A stretch of DNA of 64,000 bases from Ascoidea asiatica JCM 7603 (taxonomy: Eukaryota; Fungi; Ascomycota): the NCBI GenBank assembly GCA_001600695.1, contig BCKQ01000001.1, positions 476,279-540,278 of the forward strand, in the 5' to 3' direction. The notes below the pieces were generated by a model that was not told where the DNA came from, ran no database searches, and saw nothing but the letters and a program-made list of their open reading frames with translations. Made by a program: the position numbers and the translations under genes. Below, piece by piece: positions 24,835 to 34,866 of the stretch (the stretch's first letter is position 1; every line of letters begins with the position of its first letter).

Positions 24835-27625
24835 AAATAATAATAATGATAATAATATTATTATAAAAGAAAAAAATGAAAAAATTGAAGAATTAAAAAT
24901 TGAATTAAATTCTTTAAATAAAGATTTTGATAATTTAAAAAAAAATGAATCAAATTTAAAAATTTCAAATGAAAATTTAAAATTAAATTTATCAAATTTA
25001 AAAAATGAAATTTTAAATTTAAAAAATGATTATAAAATTTTAAAAATTGAAAAAAATAATAATTTAAATAAATTTAATGATTTAAAAATTTTAAATCATA
25101 ATTTTACAAATGATATAAAAAATTTAAATAATATTATAGAATTAAAATTAAATTTATATAATGAAATTAAAAAAAATTTTGATAATTTAAATTTAAATTA
25201 TAATGAAATTAAAATTAATCATTCAATAGTTTCTAAAAATTTTATAAATATTGAAAAAGATTATTCAATTTTAAAAAAAGAAAATGAAATAAATTTAAAT
25301 AATTTAAATTTATTAATAATTGAAAAAAAATCAATTTTAAATGATTTAAAAATTAAAGAAAAATTATTTAAAGAATCTCAAAGAAAATTAAATTTAAAAG
25401 AAAATTCATTAATTTTAAAAAATAAAGAAAATTCAAATTTTAAAAAAGATATTTCAATTTTAAAAAAAGATTTAAAAAAATTTGAAAAAGATAATAAGAT
25501 TTTAATTGAAAATAATTCTGAATTAAAAAAAAAATTATCTGAGATTAATGAAAATTTTAATCAATTAAAAAAAAATTTAGATTATTCAAATTTAAAAAAT
25601 TTTATAATTAATAATATGATTGAAATTATTTATAATACAATTTCTTCTCAAACTCATGAAATGAATTTATCAGAAATTTTATCAAAATCTTCAAATCAAT
25701 TTCTTAAAAAAATTGAAATTTCTTCAAATAATAAATTAAAACCATATTATTCAAATAATAATAAAAAATTATCTTCATTGAAAAATTTATCTGAAAGTGA
25801 AATTGATTTTGTAAATTCAATTGATTCAAATTTTAAATTAAAATTTATTGATTTACTTTATATCTTTGAACTTTTAAATAATTATTCATTAACAATAAAT
25901 AATTCAAATAATTTAATTAATAAAAATAATGAAGAATTAAAAAATTTAAAAAATGATTTAAATTTAAAAGATAAAATTTTATTTAAATTATTATCTCAAT
26001 TAGATAATGAAACAAATTATAATGAAAAAGAAACTGCAGGTTTTTATTATCAAAAAATTAATGAAAAAATTATTCAATTATTAAATATTAAAAATCAATT
26101 TCAACAAATTAAAAAAGATAATTCAACTTTAAGTAATGGTGTTGTAGAATTAGATAAATTAAATAATAATTTAAAATTAAAATTTTCAAATGAATTAAAT
26201 AAAATTAAAATTTATGATAATTTTTATTTTGATTTATTAGAAATGTTTGAGATTCCTCATGTTGAATTTAATAATAAAATTTTATTAGAAAAAGAAATTG
26301 TTTTATCTTTAAGAAAAAATATACGTAAAAAAATTGAAGAATTTTTTATTAATACTATTACACCTTTTAAAAATCAACTTAAAGAATTTCAAAATAATTG
26401 TAGATTATTATTATCTCATAATGAATTATTAACTAAAGAAAAAAATATATTGGAAAGAAAATTTACTGAACTTGATGAATTTGGTATAACTTTTAAAAAA
26501 GAAAAAGAATCTTTATTGAAAGAAAATGAAACTTTTTTAAATGAAATTGCTTCTTTAAAACAACAATTAATGATTTTAGATAGACAAAATAAATCTCAAA
26601 TTTCTGCTTCAAGAAAAGAAATAAATGATTTTAAAATTAAATATGATGAACTTGTAATAAAAAATAAACAATTAAAAGATTCTGAAGATATAAATTTAAA
26701 TGAATTTAAGAAAAAATGTGATTTATTGAATAAAAAATATGATGAAGCTGTTGAAGAAGGTATAACAATGAAAAAAGATAATACAATAATTATTACCAAA
26801 TTTAAACTGGCTTTCCAAGAACTTCAAGAACGATTGAATACTGCTGCTCAAGAAATTGAAAATTTAAAGAATGAAAGAGATTCTTATAAAAAAGATAAAG
26901 AAATGCTTAAAAAAGATAAAGAAAAATTAAAAGGTGAAAAAAGTCAACGATTGCAGAATTTTAAAACCAAAAATGAAATTCTTACAAATAAAGTTAATGA
27001 ACTTAAGACAGAAAATGAACTGTTAAAAGCTGCTGCTGAATCAAATGCTCGTAAAGTTCAAACAAAATATAATGATCTTCAAAATCAATATGATACAATT
27101 GTAAGAGAGACTTTAAATATTGCTCAAGAAAAATCAAAAGAAAATTCAAAATTAAAAGAAATTATAACTGAATTAGAAAGGAAGTTCAAAGAAACTATTA
27201 GTAAAATGGAAAAAAGATATAAAGAAGATGTTACTGATAAACAAACTTTAATGAGTGAAAGATCGGCTAAACTTGAAAAATTTCAAAAAGCATGTGAAAC
27301 GCTTGAAAATAAATTAACAATGTTAGCAAATGAAAATAAACAAATGAAGGAAATAAATGAAGAAGTACGAAAGGAAAATGTTTCTATAAAAGAAGCTAAT
27401 AAATTAGCTCAAAATAATAATAAAGAAATGAAAGATCGAATTGAAGAGAATAAAAAAGAAATTGAAAATATCAAAAAAGAAAATGATCTGCTTAAGAATG
27501 AATCTTCTCTAAAATTGACGAATATTATGAAAAGATATAATACATTACTTGAAGAACATACTGAGCTTAAAAAAAAGAGTGAGACTGTACAAACAAGAAG
27601 TTCAAAAAGGCGAAAAGTAAAATGA
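24404..27625 (+). CDS. Uncharacterised long coiled-coil protein with a possible N-terminal ubiquitin-like domain and C-terminal NLS
   Basis: 1073 aa, heptad-rich K/E/L/N sequence from about aa 150 onward, ending SSKRRKVK. Confidence 0.8.
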
Positions 27626-27823
27626 TTACTATTTTTGTGCTTGAAAAGTTTTTTGTATTTGTAATTGTAATTGTAGATTTAGATATTGTAAATTATAGTG
27701 AATGGATTAGTCATAATCTTAAGTTTTTTACAGTTAAAAAGAGACAGCGAGATTTTAATGATTAGAAACTAATTAATAAAAGAATCTGTTAGTACGTATA
27801 TGCTTTTATTTCATTATTATTTT

Positions 27824-30313
27824 TCAATGTTGTTGTAATTTGCTAAGACTCTCCATTAAAAATTGAACAGTGTTGGCAGAGTCTGAATTAGGCTGTTGTG
27901 ATGTAGGTTGGGAAATATTTGAATTATTATTATAATTATTCAAATTTGTCGTACCATTGTTGTATTGTTGCTGTTGTGTGTTTTGTTGTATAGACTCATA
28001 TTGTTGATTTGGAGTCAGATTTTTAGATAACTGGGATTGTTGTTGTTGGAAAGCTTTCAATACATTTTGTAAAGAATCAGGATCCATGTTTTTCAAAGTT
28101 TGAACTAAATCTGTATTTGTATTCACTGGGGTTTGCGTAGAATTTTGATTGTAATTTTGATTAAAATTTTGATTAAAATTTTGATTCATATTTTGATTCA
28201 TATTTTGATTCATAATTGGGTTCGTGTTTATGTTTTGATTCATTATTGGTGGTGGTGAATGTGATGAACGATTATTGGAATTATATCGATTAAAATTTCC
28301 TTGATAAGTAGATGGAGAACCTCTACGAAAACTATTTCTTGGACCATTATTATAACCATTACCATATTTAGTAAATTTTTGAGATCTTGGAGGTGGATTT
28401 CCTCTAATTCCTTGACTAAGTTTACTATTTTTAGAAGTTATAATAAGTTCTGCAGCTATATCAATATCAATAGAAAGATATTCATTAAATCTTACTTCAT
28501 TATTTGGAGTTTTTTCAAAAATTTGAGCATCAAGATTATTATCTCTATGAATAATAATAACACCATTAACACCAGAATAACCTGCATCATTAATTAAAGC
28601 TTTTAAATCAGTTAAAGGTGTAACATTAGTTATATAAGTTAAAATATTTGCTTCTTTTAAAATATCTTTAAGTTTTGTAACAAATCTTGGATCAGCAGAT
28701 TTTTTAACATAAATATGACAATCAGGAACAGTTGTTGGAGAATAATTATTTGTTGTTCTTCTTGGTCTTTTATTTCTAAAATCAAAATCTCTTTCTCTTG
28801 AACGTTTTGAAATTCTTGAAGAAAATTGACCAATACCATGAGAAGCTTCATATTCTGCTCTTGTTTTTTGTGGTCTTGAGATTTGAAGTTGCATAATTTT
28901 ACCATGAAGTGGTACATCAGATTCACCTTTTCTTGCTAAAGAACATTGATCAACAGTTTTAAATTGAGCAAAACCATAACCTGCTTTAATACTAATTTGT
29001 ATAATATCACCATATTGTTTAAAAATTCTCCATAAATTTTGTTTTGTTATTGTATTTGCAGGTAAATTACCAACAAATAATCTTGAACCATAAGGAAATT
29101 GATCCCAATTACCAGAAGTTAAATATTTTGATTCATTATGTATAAATTGAGAATAAGCATCAATTTCATCATAAGTCATAGAAATATTAAGATCAGGTCT
29201 TTTACAATATGGATTAATTAATTTTAAATTTTCATCTTCTTTTATTGGTAAATTACCTGGATGTTTACTTGTATCTAAAAATGTATTTGTTAAATTGTTA
29301 TTATCATTATTATCATTATTGTCATTATTGTCATTATCATTATTATTAATATTAGTTTCAATATTATTATTTGTAAATTGATTAATTTGATTAATTTCAT
29401 TAAAGTTATTATCAGAATTATAAAGATAATTTTGAATAATTTTTTCTTTTTCAAATTCAGGTAAATTTAAAAAATTTGAATTATTACGAAATGGCATTTT
29501 TAACATTTTTTTTGCAATTTCTAAAGGATCTAAAGGTTTTTTAATAAAATTTTCATTTTCAATCTCATTTTGTTTTTCACTTTGTTTTTCACTTTGTTTT
29601 TCAGAATGTGGTTTAGAATGTAGTTCAGAAGATGAATTTGAAGATGGAATATTAATAGAATTTAAAATTGAATTTAAACTTGAAGTTGAAATTACTGGAA
29701 ATTCAGAATTTTTATTTAAATTTTTAACTATTTTATCATTTACAATATTATCATTTACAATATTATTATTTACAATATTATTATTATTATTATTATTATT
29801 AAGTAAACCTTCTGGGTCATAATCATCAATTGATTTAATTTTTTTATTAGAAGTAAATTGAGTTTTTAAATCTTTTAAAGTATTTAAATTTTGAGAATCT
29901 TTTGTTTTTGAATCATTTTTAGATAAAGAATTTGAATCAGAATTTGAATCAGAATTTGAATTAGAATTTGAATTAGAATCTGAAAATTCAGAAGGATGTG
30001 GAAAACCTAAGATTTTTTTATCATTGTTATTATTATTGTTATTAATATTGTTATTAATATTGTTATTAATATTGTTATTATCATTTTCGTTATTAGTATT
30101 TGTTATATTCTCGTTATCAAACTCGTTATTTGTGTTATCGTTATTATTATTGTTTGATATTTTTTGAAATGGTTCCTCATGATTTAAGATATTAATAATA
30201 TCTTTTGGGATATTCCTTAAATCATTAGTTTTATTGCTTTCATCATTACTAACATTATTAAGATTATTATAGTTAAGATTTTGATCATTATTTTTACTCA
30301 TTTTCTCATACAT
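27824..30313 (-). CDS. NAB3: Nab3 RNA-binding protein of the NNS termination complex
   Basis: RRM SRLFVGNLP...SIKAGYGFAQF, Q/N-rich tail and the conserved terminal helix VQFLMESLSKLQ. The start could instead be the second Met (MSKNN). Confidence 0.9.
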   Translation of the reverse strand: MYEKMSKNNDQNLNYNNLNNVSNDESNKTNDLRNIPKDIINILNHEEPFQKISNNNNNDNTNNEFDNENITNTNNENDNNNINNNINNNINNNNNNNDKKILGFPHPSEFSDSNSNSNSNSDSNSDSNSLSKNDSKTKDSQNLNTLKDLKTQFTSNKKIKSIDDYDPEGLLNNNNNNNNIVNNNIVNDNIVNDKIVKNLNKNSEFPVISTSSLNSILNSINIPSSNSSSELHSKPHSEKQSEKQSEKQNEIENENFIKKPLDPLEIAKKMLKMPFRNNSNFLNLPEFEKEKIIQNYLYNSDNNFNEINQINQFTNNNIETNINNNDNDNNDNNDNNDNNNLTNTFLDTSKHPGNLPIKEDENLKLINPYCKRPDLNISMTYDEIDAYSQFIHNESKYLTSGNWDQFPYGSRLFVGNLPANTITKQNLWRIFKQYGDIIQISIKAGYGFAQFKTVDQCSLARKGESDVPLHGKIMQLQISRPQKTRAEYEASHGIGQFSSRISKRSRERDFDFRNKRPRRTTNNYSPTTVPDCHIYVKKSADPRFVTKLKDILKEANILTYITNVTPLTDLKALINDAGYSGVNGVIIIHRDNNLDAQIFEKTPNNEVRFNEYLSIDIDIAAELIITSKNSKLSQGIRGNPPPRSQKFTKYGNGYNNGPRNSFRRGSPSTYQGNFNRYNSNNRSSHSPPPIMNQNINTNPIMNQNMNQNMNQNFNQNFNQNYNQNSTQTPVNTNTDLVQTLKNMDPDSLQNVLKAFQQQQSQLSKNLTPNQQYESIQQNTQQQQYNNGTTNLNNYNNNSNISQPTSQQPNSDSANTVQFLMESLSKLQQH

Positions 30314-30817
30314 TTTTTTAAAAAGAAGTAAAATATTAAATAATATATTTTGTTGTTGAGATTGAGATTAAATAGAATCTCTAATATTAAAGTTAGAATT
30401 TTTGTTTTGTTTCGTTATTTTGAAAATGGGTGATTTTATAAATACAGATAATTATGATATCTTGCTAGTTTTGTAGAATAAAAGAATAGTCAAATTCAGA
30501 TGGATTGTTTACGAAATAGAGTAGTTGTTTGTTCTTGGTTCTGTTTAGAATGATTAAAAACAGTTGGATTAGATATGAATTGTTTGCCTCTGTAGTTGTT
30601 GTTGTTGTTGGTGGTGGTGGTGGTGGTGGGTTCACAAAAATACATTTCTTATATTCGTTATTTGATATTTTATTTCTTTCTCTCTTCTTTTGTCTTTTGT
30701 CTTTTGTCTTTTGTAACCTGCTGAAATTCAGTTTAAATTAGAACTGGGCGGTGAGACCCAGCAGAGTGGTACTCAAGAACAGGAAACCAGCGAGACGGTA
30801 CTCAAAAAAAACAATAA

Positions 30818-30827
30818 ATCACGTGAC
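30818..30827. promoter_or_regulatory. Cbf1/CDEI-type site in the NAB3-BOL2 divergent promoter
   Basis: ATCACGTGAC. A related GTCACATGAC lies at 23871-23880 between LAS17 and the coiled-coil gene. Confidence 0.55.
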
Positions 30828-31216
30828 TTGTTATCCATTACGTAATCCGTGTGCAAGTTACGCGGATTACTCCGGATTGTTCCGGTTTTCATTTCAAATA
30901 TTTCTGTGGCTGGTGCTTATGATCTTCTCTTGTTCCATTGGCTGAAAAAGAGATGCTTTCCAGCCCCACGCGTGGCTGCTGTGTTTAACACTGATAAATA
31001 AACCAGACCCTATGCTGGTGCTTGAAAACAAAGCCTAAACAAGCTTGTACTAGTACTGTGCTACAGTAGTAAGAATCTCATTGATCTGAAAGTAGCTGAT
31101 TATTTATTTAATTGGAAATGATTTCAATGTAGATATTAATTTATTTCACTTAAAGAGCTTATCATATTACATTTCATTTATTCATTTCAATACAATATTT
31201 ATTAAATTTTATCAAA

Positions 31217-31594
31217 ATGACAGAATCTTCACTTCTTTCAATGCCAGTGAATAAACTTTCATCAAAAGTAACTACAAATACCAATACCAATACAAATACA
31301 AATACAAATACAAATTTAAATGAAGAAGATGATGATAAAAAATTAACTGAGAAAAAATTAGAAAAAATTATTAAAGAAAGATTACAAGCTTCAATTGTTC
31401 ATGTTGAAGATATGTCTGGTGGTTGTGGTCAAGCATTTGCAGTAATTATAGTTTCAAATTTATTTAATAAAAAAAATAGAATTATGAGACATAGATTAGT
31501 TAATAATACTTTAAAAAATGAAATTAATTCAATTCATGCTTTTACTCAAAAAAATTTCACTTTAGAAGAATGGGAAATTGCAAAACATAAATAA
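31217..31594 (+). CDS. BOL2: BolA-family protein Bol2/Fra2
   Basis: VHVEDMSGGCGQAFAVIIVS...RHRLVN...IHAFTQK. Confidence 0.93.
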   Translation: MTESSLLSMPVNKLSSKVTTNTNTNTNTNTNTNLNEEDDDKKLTEKKLEKIIKERLQASIVHVEDMSGGCGQAFAVIIVSNLFNKKNRIMRHRLVNNTLKNEINSIHAFTQKNFTLEEWEIAKHK

Positions 31595-31736
31595 TTATTT
31601 TCATTCTCTTTATTATTCAAATTTCAATTCTTTTTTCATTTCATAACCTTTTTTTTCTTCATATATATATTTACCCTATTTATATATTATATAATATATA
31701 CAAATAATAAACCCTAAGTTTACAATAAAATTAAAA

Positions 31737-32528
31737 TTAAAATATTCCAAACCATTTTTTTCTATTTTCTTTTTTAACTTCTTTAATTTCATTTAATATA
31801 TTCTTATTCTTATTAATATTCATTTCTTTAACTTTCTCTTCTGCAATATCAATAGCTTTTAATAATCTTTCTTCTCTTTCTTGTAATATTCTTTCAGCCA
31901 TAATCATTTGATCTCTTGATGGTCTTTCCAATGCAAATTCACTTTCCAATTTAGATTTATCTTCTTTAATATCTTCAGAATTACCATTATTACTACCACC
32001 ACTATTATTATTATTATTATTATTATTATAATTATTATTAAATTTTTTTAAATTAAATGGTTTTTCTTTTGGTATTAAATCATTAAATTCTTCTTTACTT
32101 AAATTTCCATTAATAAATAATTTTAAATTTAATCTAAATCTATAAAATTTTGAAAATATATTTTCATTACCTTCATTCCATCTTTGATAAAAAATTCCAT
32201 AAATTAAAATTCCAGATGATAAAAAAATTGTTGTAAATTTTATACCTGAATTAAAATTTTTATCTTTATTTAATTTACGTAAAATTTTATATTGTCCATT
32301 ATATAAATTAGATTTTGGTCTTGGTGTATAATTTAACCTTTTCATAGTTTCACGTACTCTTTGATATTCATCTGCTGTTCTTATTGGTCCAAGTTTAGAT
32401 TCTTTACCTGGTGGTAAATATTCACTTGGATATCCTCCAATTGGTCTTTTATCATTTGGATCATATGGATTATATGGTGCTTGTGGTATTGGTGGTATTG
32501 GTGGTATTGGTGGTATATTTCCACTCAT
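31737..32528 (-). CDS. Uncharacterised single-pass membrane protein, possibly mitochondrial
   Basis: 263 aa with one hydrophobic segment (FTTIFLSSGILIYGIFY), a charged helical C-terminal half and a KKWFGIF terminus. Confidence 0.78.
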   Translation of the reverse strand: MSGNIPPIPPIPPIPQAPYNPYDPNDKRPIGGYPSEYLPPGKESKLGPIRTADEYQRVRETMKRLNYTPRPKSNLYNGQYKILRKLNKDKNFNSGIKFTTIFLSSGILIYGIFYQRWNEGNENIFSKFYRFRLNLKLFINGNLSKEEFNDLIPKEKPFNLKKFNNNYNNNNNNNNSGGSNNGNSEDIKEDKSKLESEFALERPSRDQMIMAERILQEREERLLKAIDIAEEKVKEMNINKNKNILNEIKEVKKENRKKWFGIF

Positions 32529-32822
32529 CTTGTATAAGTATAAGTTTAATATAATATTTACTAATGATATTATATCAATTTATAATAATTTCTTATTACT
32601 TTTATATTTATATCTACTTTTAATATAATTCGATAATAATTTAATTTAAATGATGATTATGTAATCGATATTTGTCCTATTTTAACCGTCCTAAATAATG
32701 AAAGTCATTATCCCTGTTCAGGACACTCCCACCCACCCAATTAGGCAATAGCCGATAGCCTACAAGTAAATAAAGTAAATTATTGAAATATTTATATATA
32801 ATGATATAGTTTATATGGGTAT

Positions 32823-34175
32823 TTAAATTTTTATGGAAGATTTTAATTTATCAGAAACTGCATCTAAGAATTCTTCAGTTGTAACATATGAATTTCTATC
32901 AGTTTTACCACAACATAAAGCTAAATCTTTTGTCATAATACCATCATCTTGAACAGTATTAATAACAGATTTTTCTAAAATTTTACCAAAATTTATAACA
33001 TCTGGAGTTTTATCTAAAATACCTCTTTGAATTAAACCACTTGACCAAGCAAAAATACTTGCAATTGAATTTGTTGAAGTTTCTTCACCTTTTTGAAATT
33101 TTCTATAATGTCTTGTAACTGTACCATGAGCTGCTTCAGTTTCAAAAATTCCATCTGGTGTCATTAAAATTGATGTCATTAAACCTAAAGATCCAAAACC
33201 TTGAGCAACAATATCTGATTGAACATCACCATCATAATTTTTTAATGCCATAATAAATCCACCTTTTGATTTTATCATTTGTGCAACCATATCATCAATT
33301 AATCTATGTTCATAATAAATTCCAATTTCTTCAAATTTTTTTTTATAAATTGAATTATATAAATCTTCAAAAATATCTTTAAATTTACCATCATATTTTT
33401 TTAAAATTGTATTTTTTGTTGATAAAAATAAATTAATTTTTTTTTGAATAGCTAATTTAAATGAAGAATGTGCAAAATTTTTTATTGATTCATCTGTATT
33501 ATACATTGCTAAACCAATTCCAGAATTTTTATAATCATAAACTTTTAAAATTTCTTTTTCACCATTTGAATTTTTTGTATAAACTAATTCTAAAATTCCA
33601 GGTTCTGATATAATAATATCTGTTGATTTATATTGATCACCATGTGCATGTCTACCAATAATTATTGGTTTTTCCCAACCTGGTATTAATCTTGGAATTC
33701 TTGGTATAACAATTGGTTCTCTAAATACAGTACCACCAAGTATATTTCTAATTGTACCATTTGGACTTAACCACATTTTTTTTAAATTAAATTCTTTAAC
33801 TCTTTGTTCATCTGGAGTTATAGTTGCACATTTTATACCAACACCAAATTTTTTAATTGCATTTGCAGAATCTATAGTTATTTGATCATTTGTTTTATCT
33901 CTATTTTGAATACTTAAATCATAATATTTTAAATCAATATTAAGATATGGAAAAATTAATTTATCTTTAATAATTTTCCAAATAATTCTTGTCATTTCAT
34001 CACCATCCATTTCAACAATTGGAGTTTTAACATTAATTTTATTTAAATTTATACAATTTGATGAAAAACATTTTGAATTTAAGTAAAAAAATTGATTTTT
34101 AATAAATGAATTTTTTAAAATATTTTTATTAATTGAAATCATATTATGATTTGAAATTAATTTTACAAAAGACAT
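32823..34175 (-). CDS. IDP1: Mitochondrial NADP-dependent isocitrate dehydrogenase
   Basis: [52 protein letters not shown], with a basic N-terminal presequence. Confidence 0.96.
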   Translation of the reverse strand: MSFVKLISNHNMISINKNILKNSFIKNQFFYLNSKCFSSNCINLNKINVKTPIVEMDGDEMTRIIWKIIKDKLIFPYLNIDLKYYDLSIQNRDKTNDQITIDSANAIKKFGVGIKCATITPDEQRVKEFNLKKMWLSPNGTIRNILGGTVFREPIVIPRIPRLIPGWEKPIIIGRHAHGDQYKSTDIIISEPGILELVYTKNSNGEKEILKVYDYKNSGIGLAMYNTDESIKNFAHSSFKLAIQKKINLFLSTKNTILKKYDGKFKDIFEDLYNSIYKKKFEEIGIYYEHRLIDDMVAQMIKSKGGFIMALKNYDGDVQSDIVAQGFGSLGLMTSILMTPDGIFETEAAHGTVTRHYRKFQKGEETSTNSIASIFAWSSGLIQRGILDKTPDVINFGKILEKSVINTVQDDGIMTKDLALCCGKTDRNSYVTTEEFLDAVSDKLKSSIKI

Positions 34176-34337
34176 GATGAATAATTATATATAATATTTG
34201 AAATTTTAAAATTAGATTAAATAGAATAATCTATATCACTTGAATATTATATTATATTATATTATATTATATTATATTGAAGATATTGAATTTTATTTAA
34301 ATAATTTAAATATATATTTTCAAATTCAAAAATTCTA

Positions 34338-34344
34338 TGAGTCA
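34338..34344. promoter_or_regulatory. Gcn4-type site upstream of IDP1
   Basis: TGAGTCA about 160 bp upstream of the IDP1 ATG. Another lies at 41380-41386 upstream of TRP1. Confidence 0.5.
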
Positions 34345-34603
34345 AATTCCAAAACTGAAATTGAAATTGAAATTTTCAAATCCACCAATTAATTTTTAAA
34401 AACGCTCCTGTTTCGGCCTTGCGACACAAAATGCACGCATAACTTGGAATTGCGCGGATATTCCGCATTTTCACCCGCAATTTCTCCGCAAAAGTTAAAT
34501 ATGTGAACTTATGCAAGTAAAAGGTTAGTGAAAGCAAGTGAGAGTAACTATTGCGTCATAAAAGTGGGTATCAAATTTTCAAAGTAAAAAAAACTGTGAA
34601 TTT

Positions 34604-34703
34604 CTCCGGGTGGCCAAGCTGGCTAAGGTGCAAGATTGTAATGTTTCATTTTGTACAAAACAAAGTAATCTTGAGATCGGGTGTTCGACTCAACCCCGGG
34701 AGA
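34604..34703 (+). tRNA. tRNA-Tyr(GTA) with a 26-nt intron (34642-34667); atypical stems
   Basis: CTCCGGGTGGCCAAGCTGGCTAAGGTGCAAGATTGTAA[intron]ATCTTGAGATCGGGTGTTCGACTCAACCCCGGGAGA. It has C1-G72 and A73, a canonical intron position and a long T terminator. Confidence 0.88.
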
Positions 34704-34866
34704 TTTCTTTTTTTTTTTTTTTTATAATATTTTTAAATATTAATTTAATTATTTGATGCAACGATATAATACTTTTTTATTACAGATATAAAAAGAGATA
34801 AAAGAGATGAAAGATATAAGAAAAAAAAGATAAAAGATAAAAGATAAAAGAGATATAATATAGTTA

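Noticed and set aside
15970-30827. RTCACRTG words as point-centromere CDEI
   Set aside because: They lie in GC-rich promoters without a following AT-rich CDEII and CCGAA-containing CDEIII, so they are better explained as Cbf1 sites.
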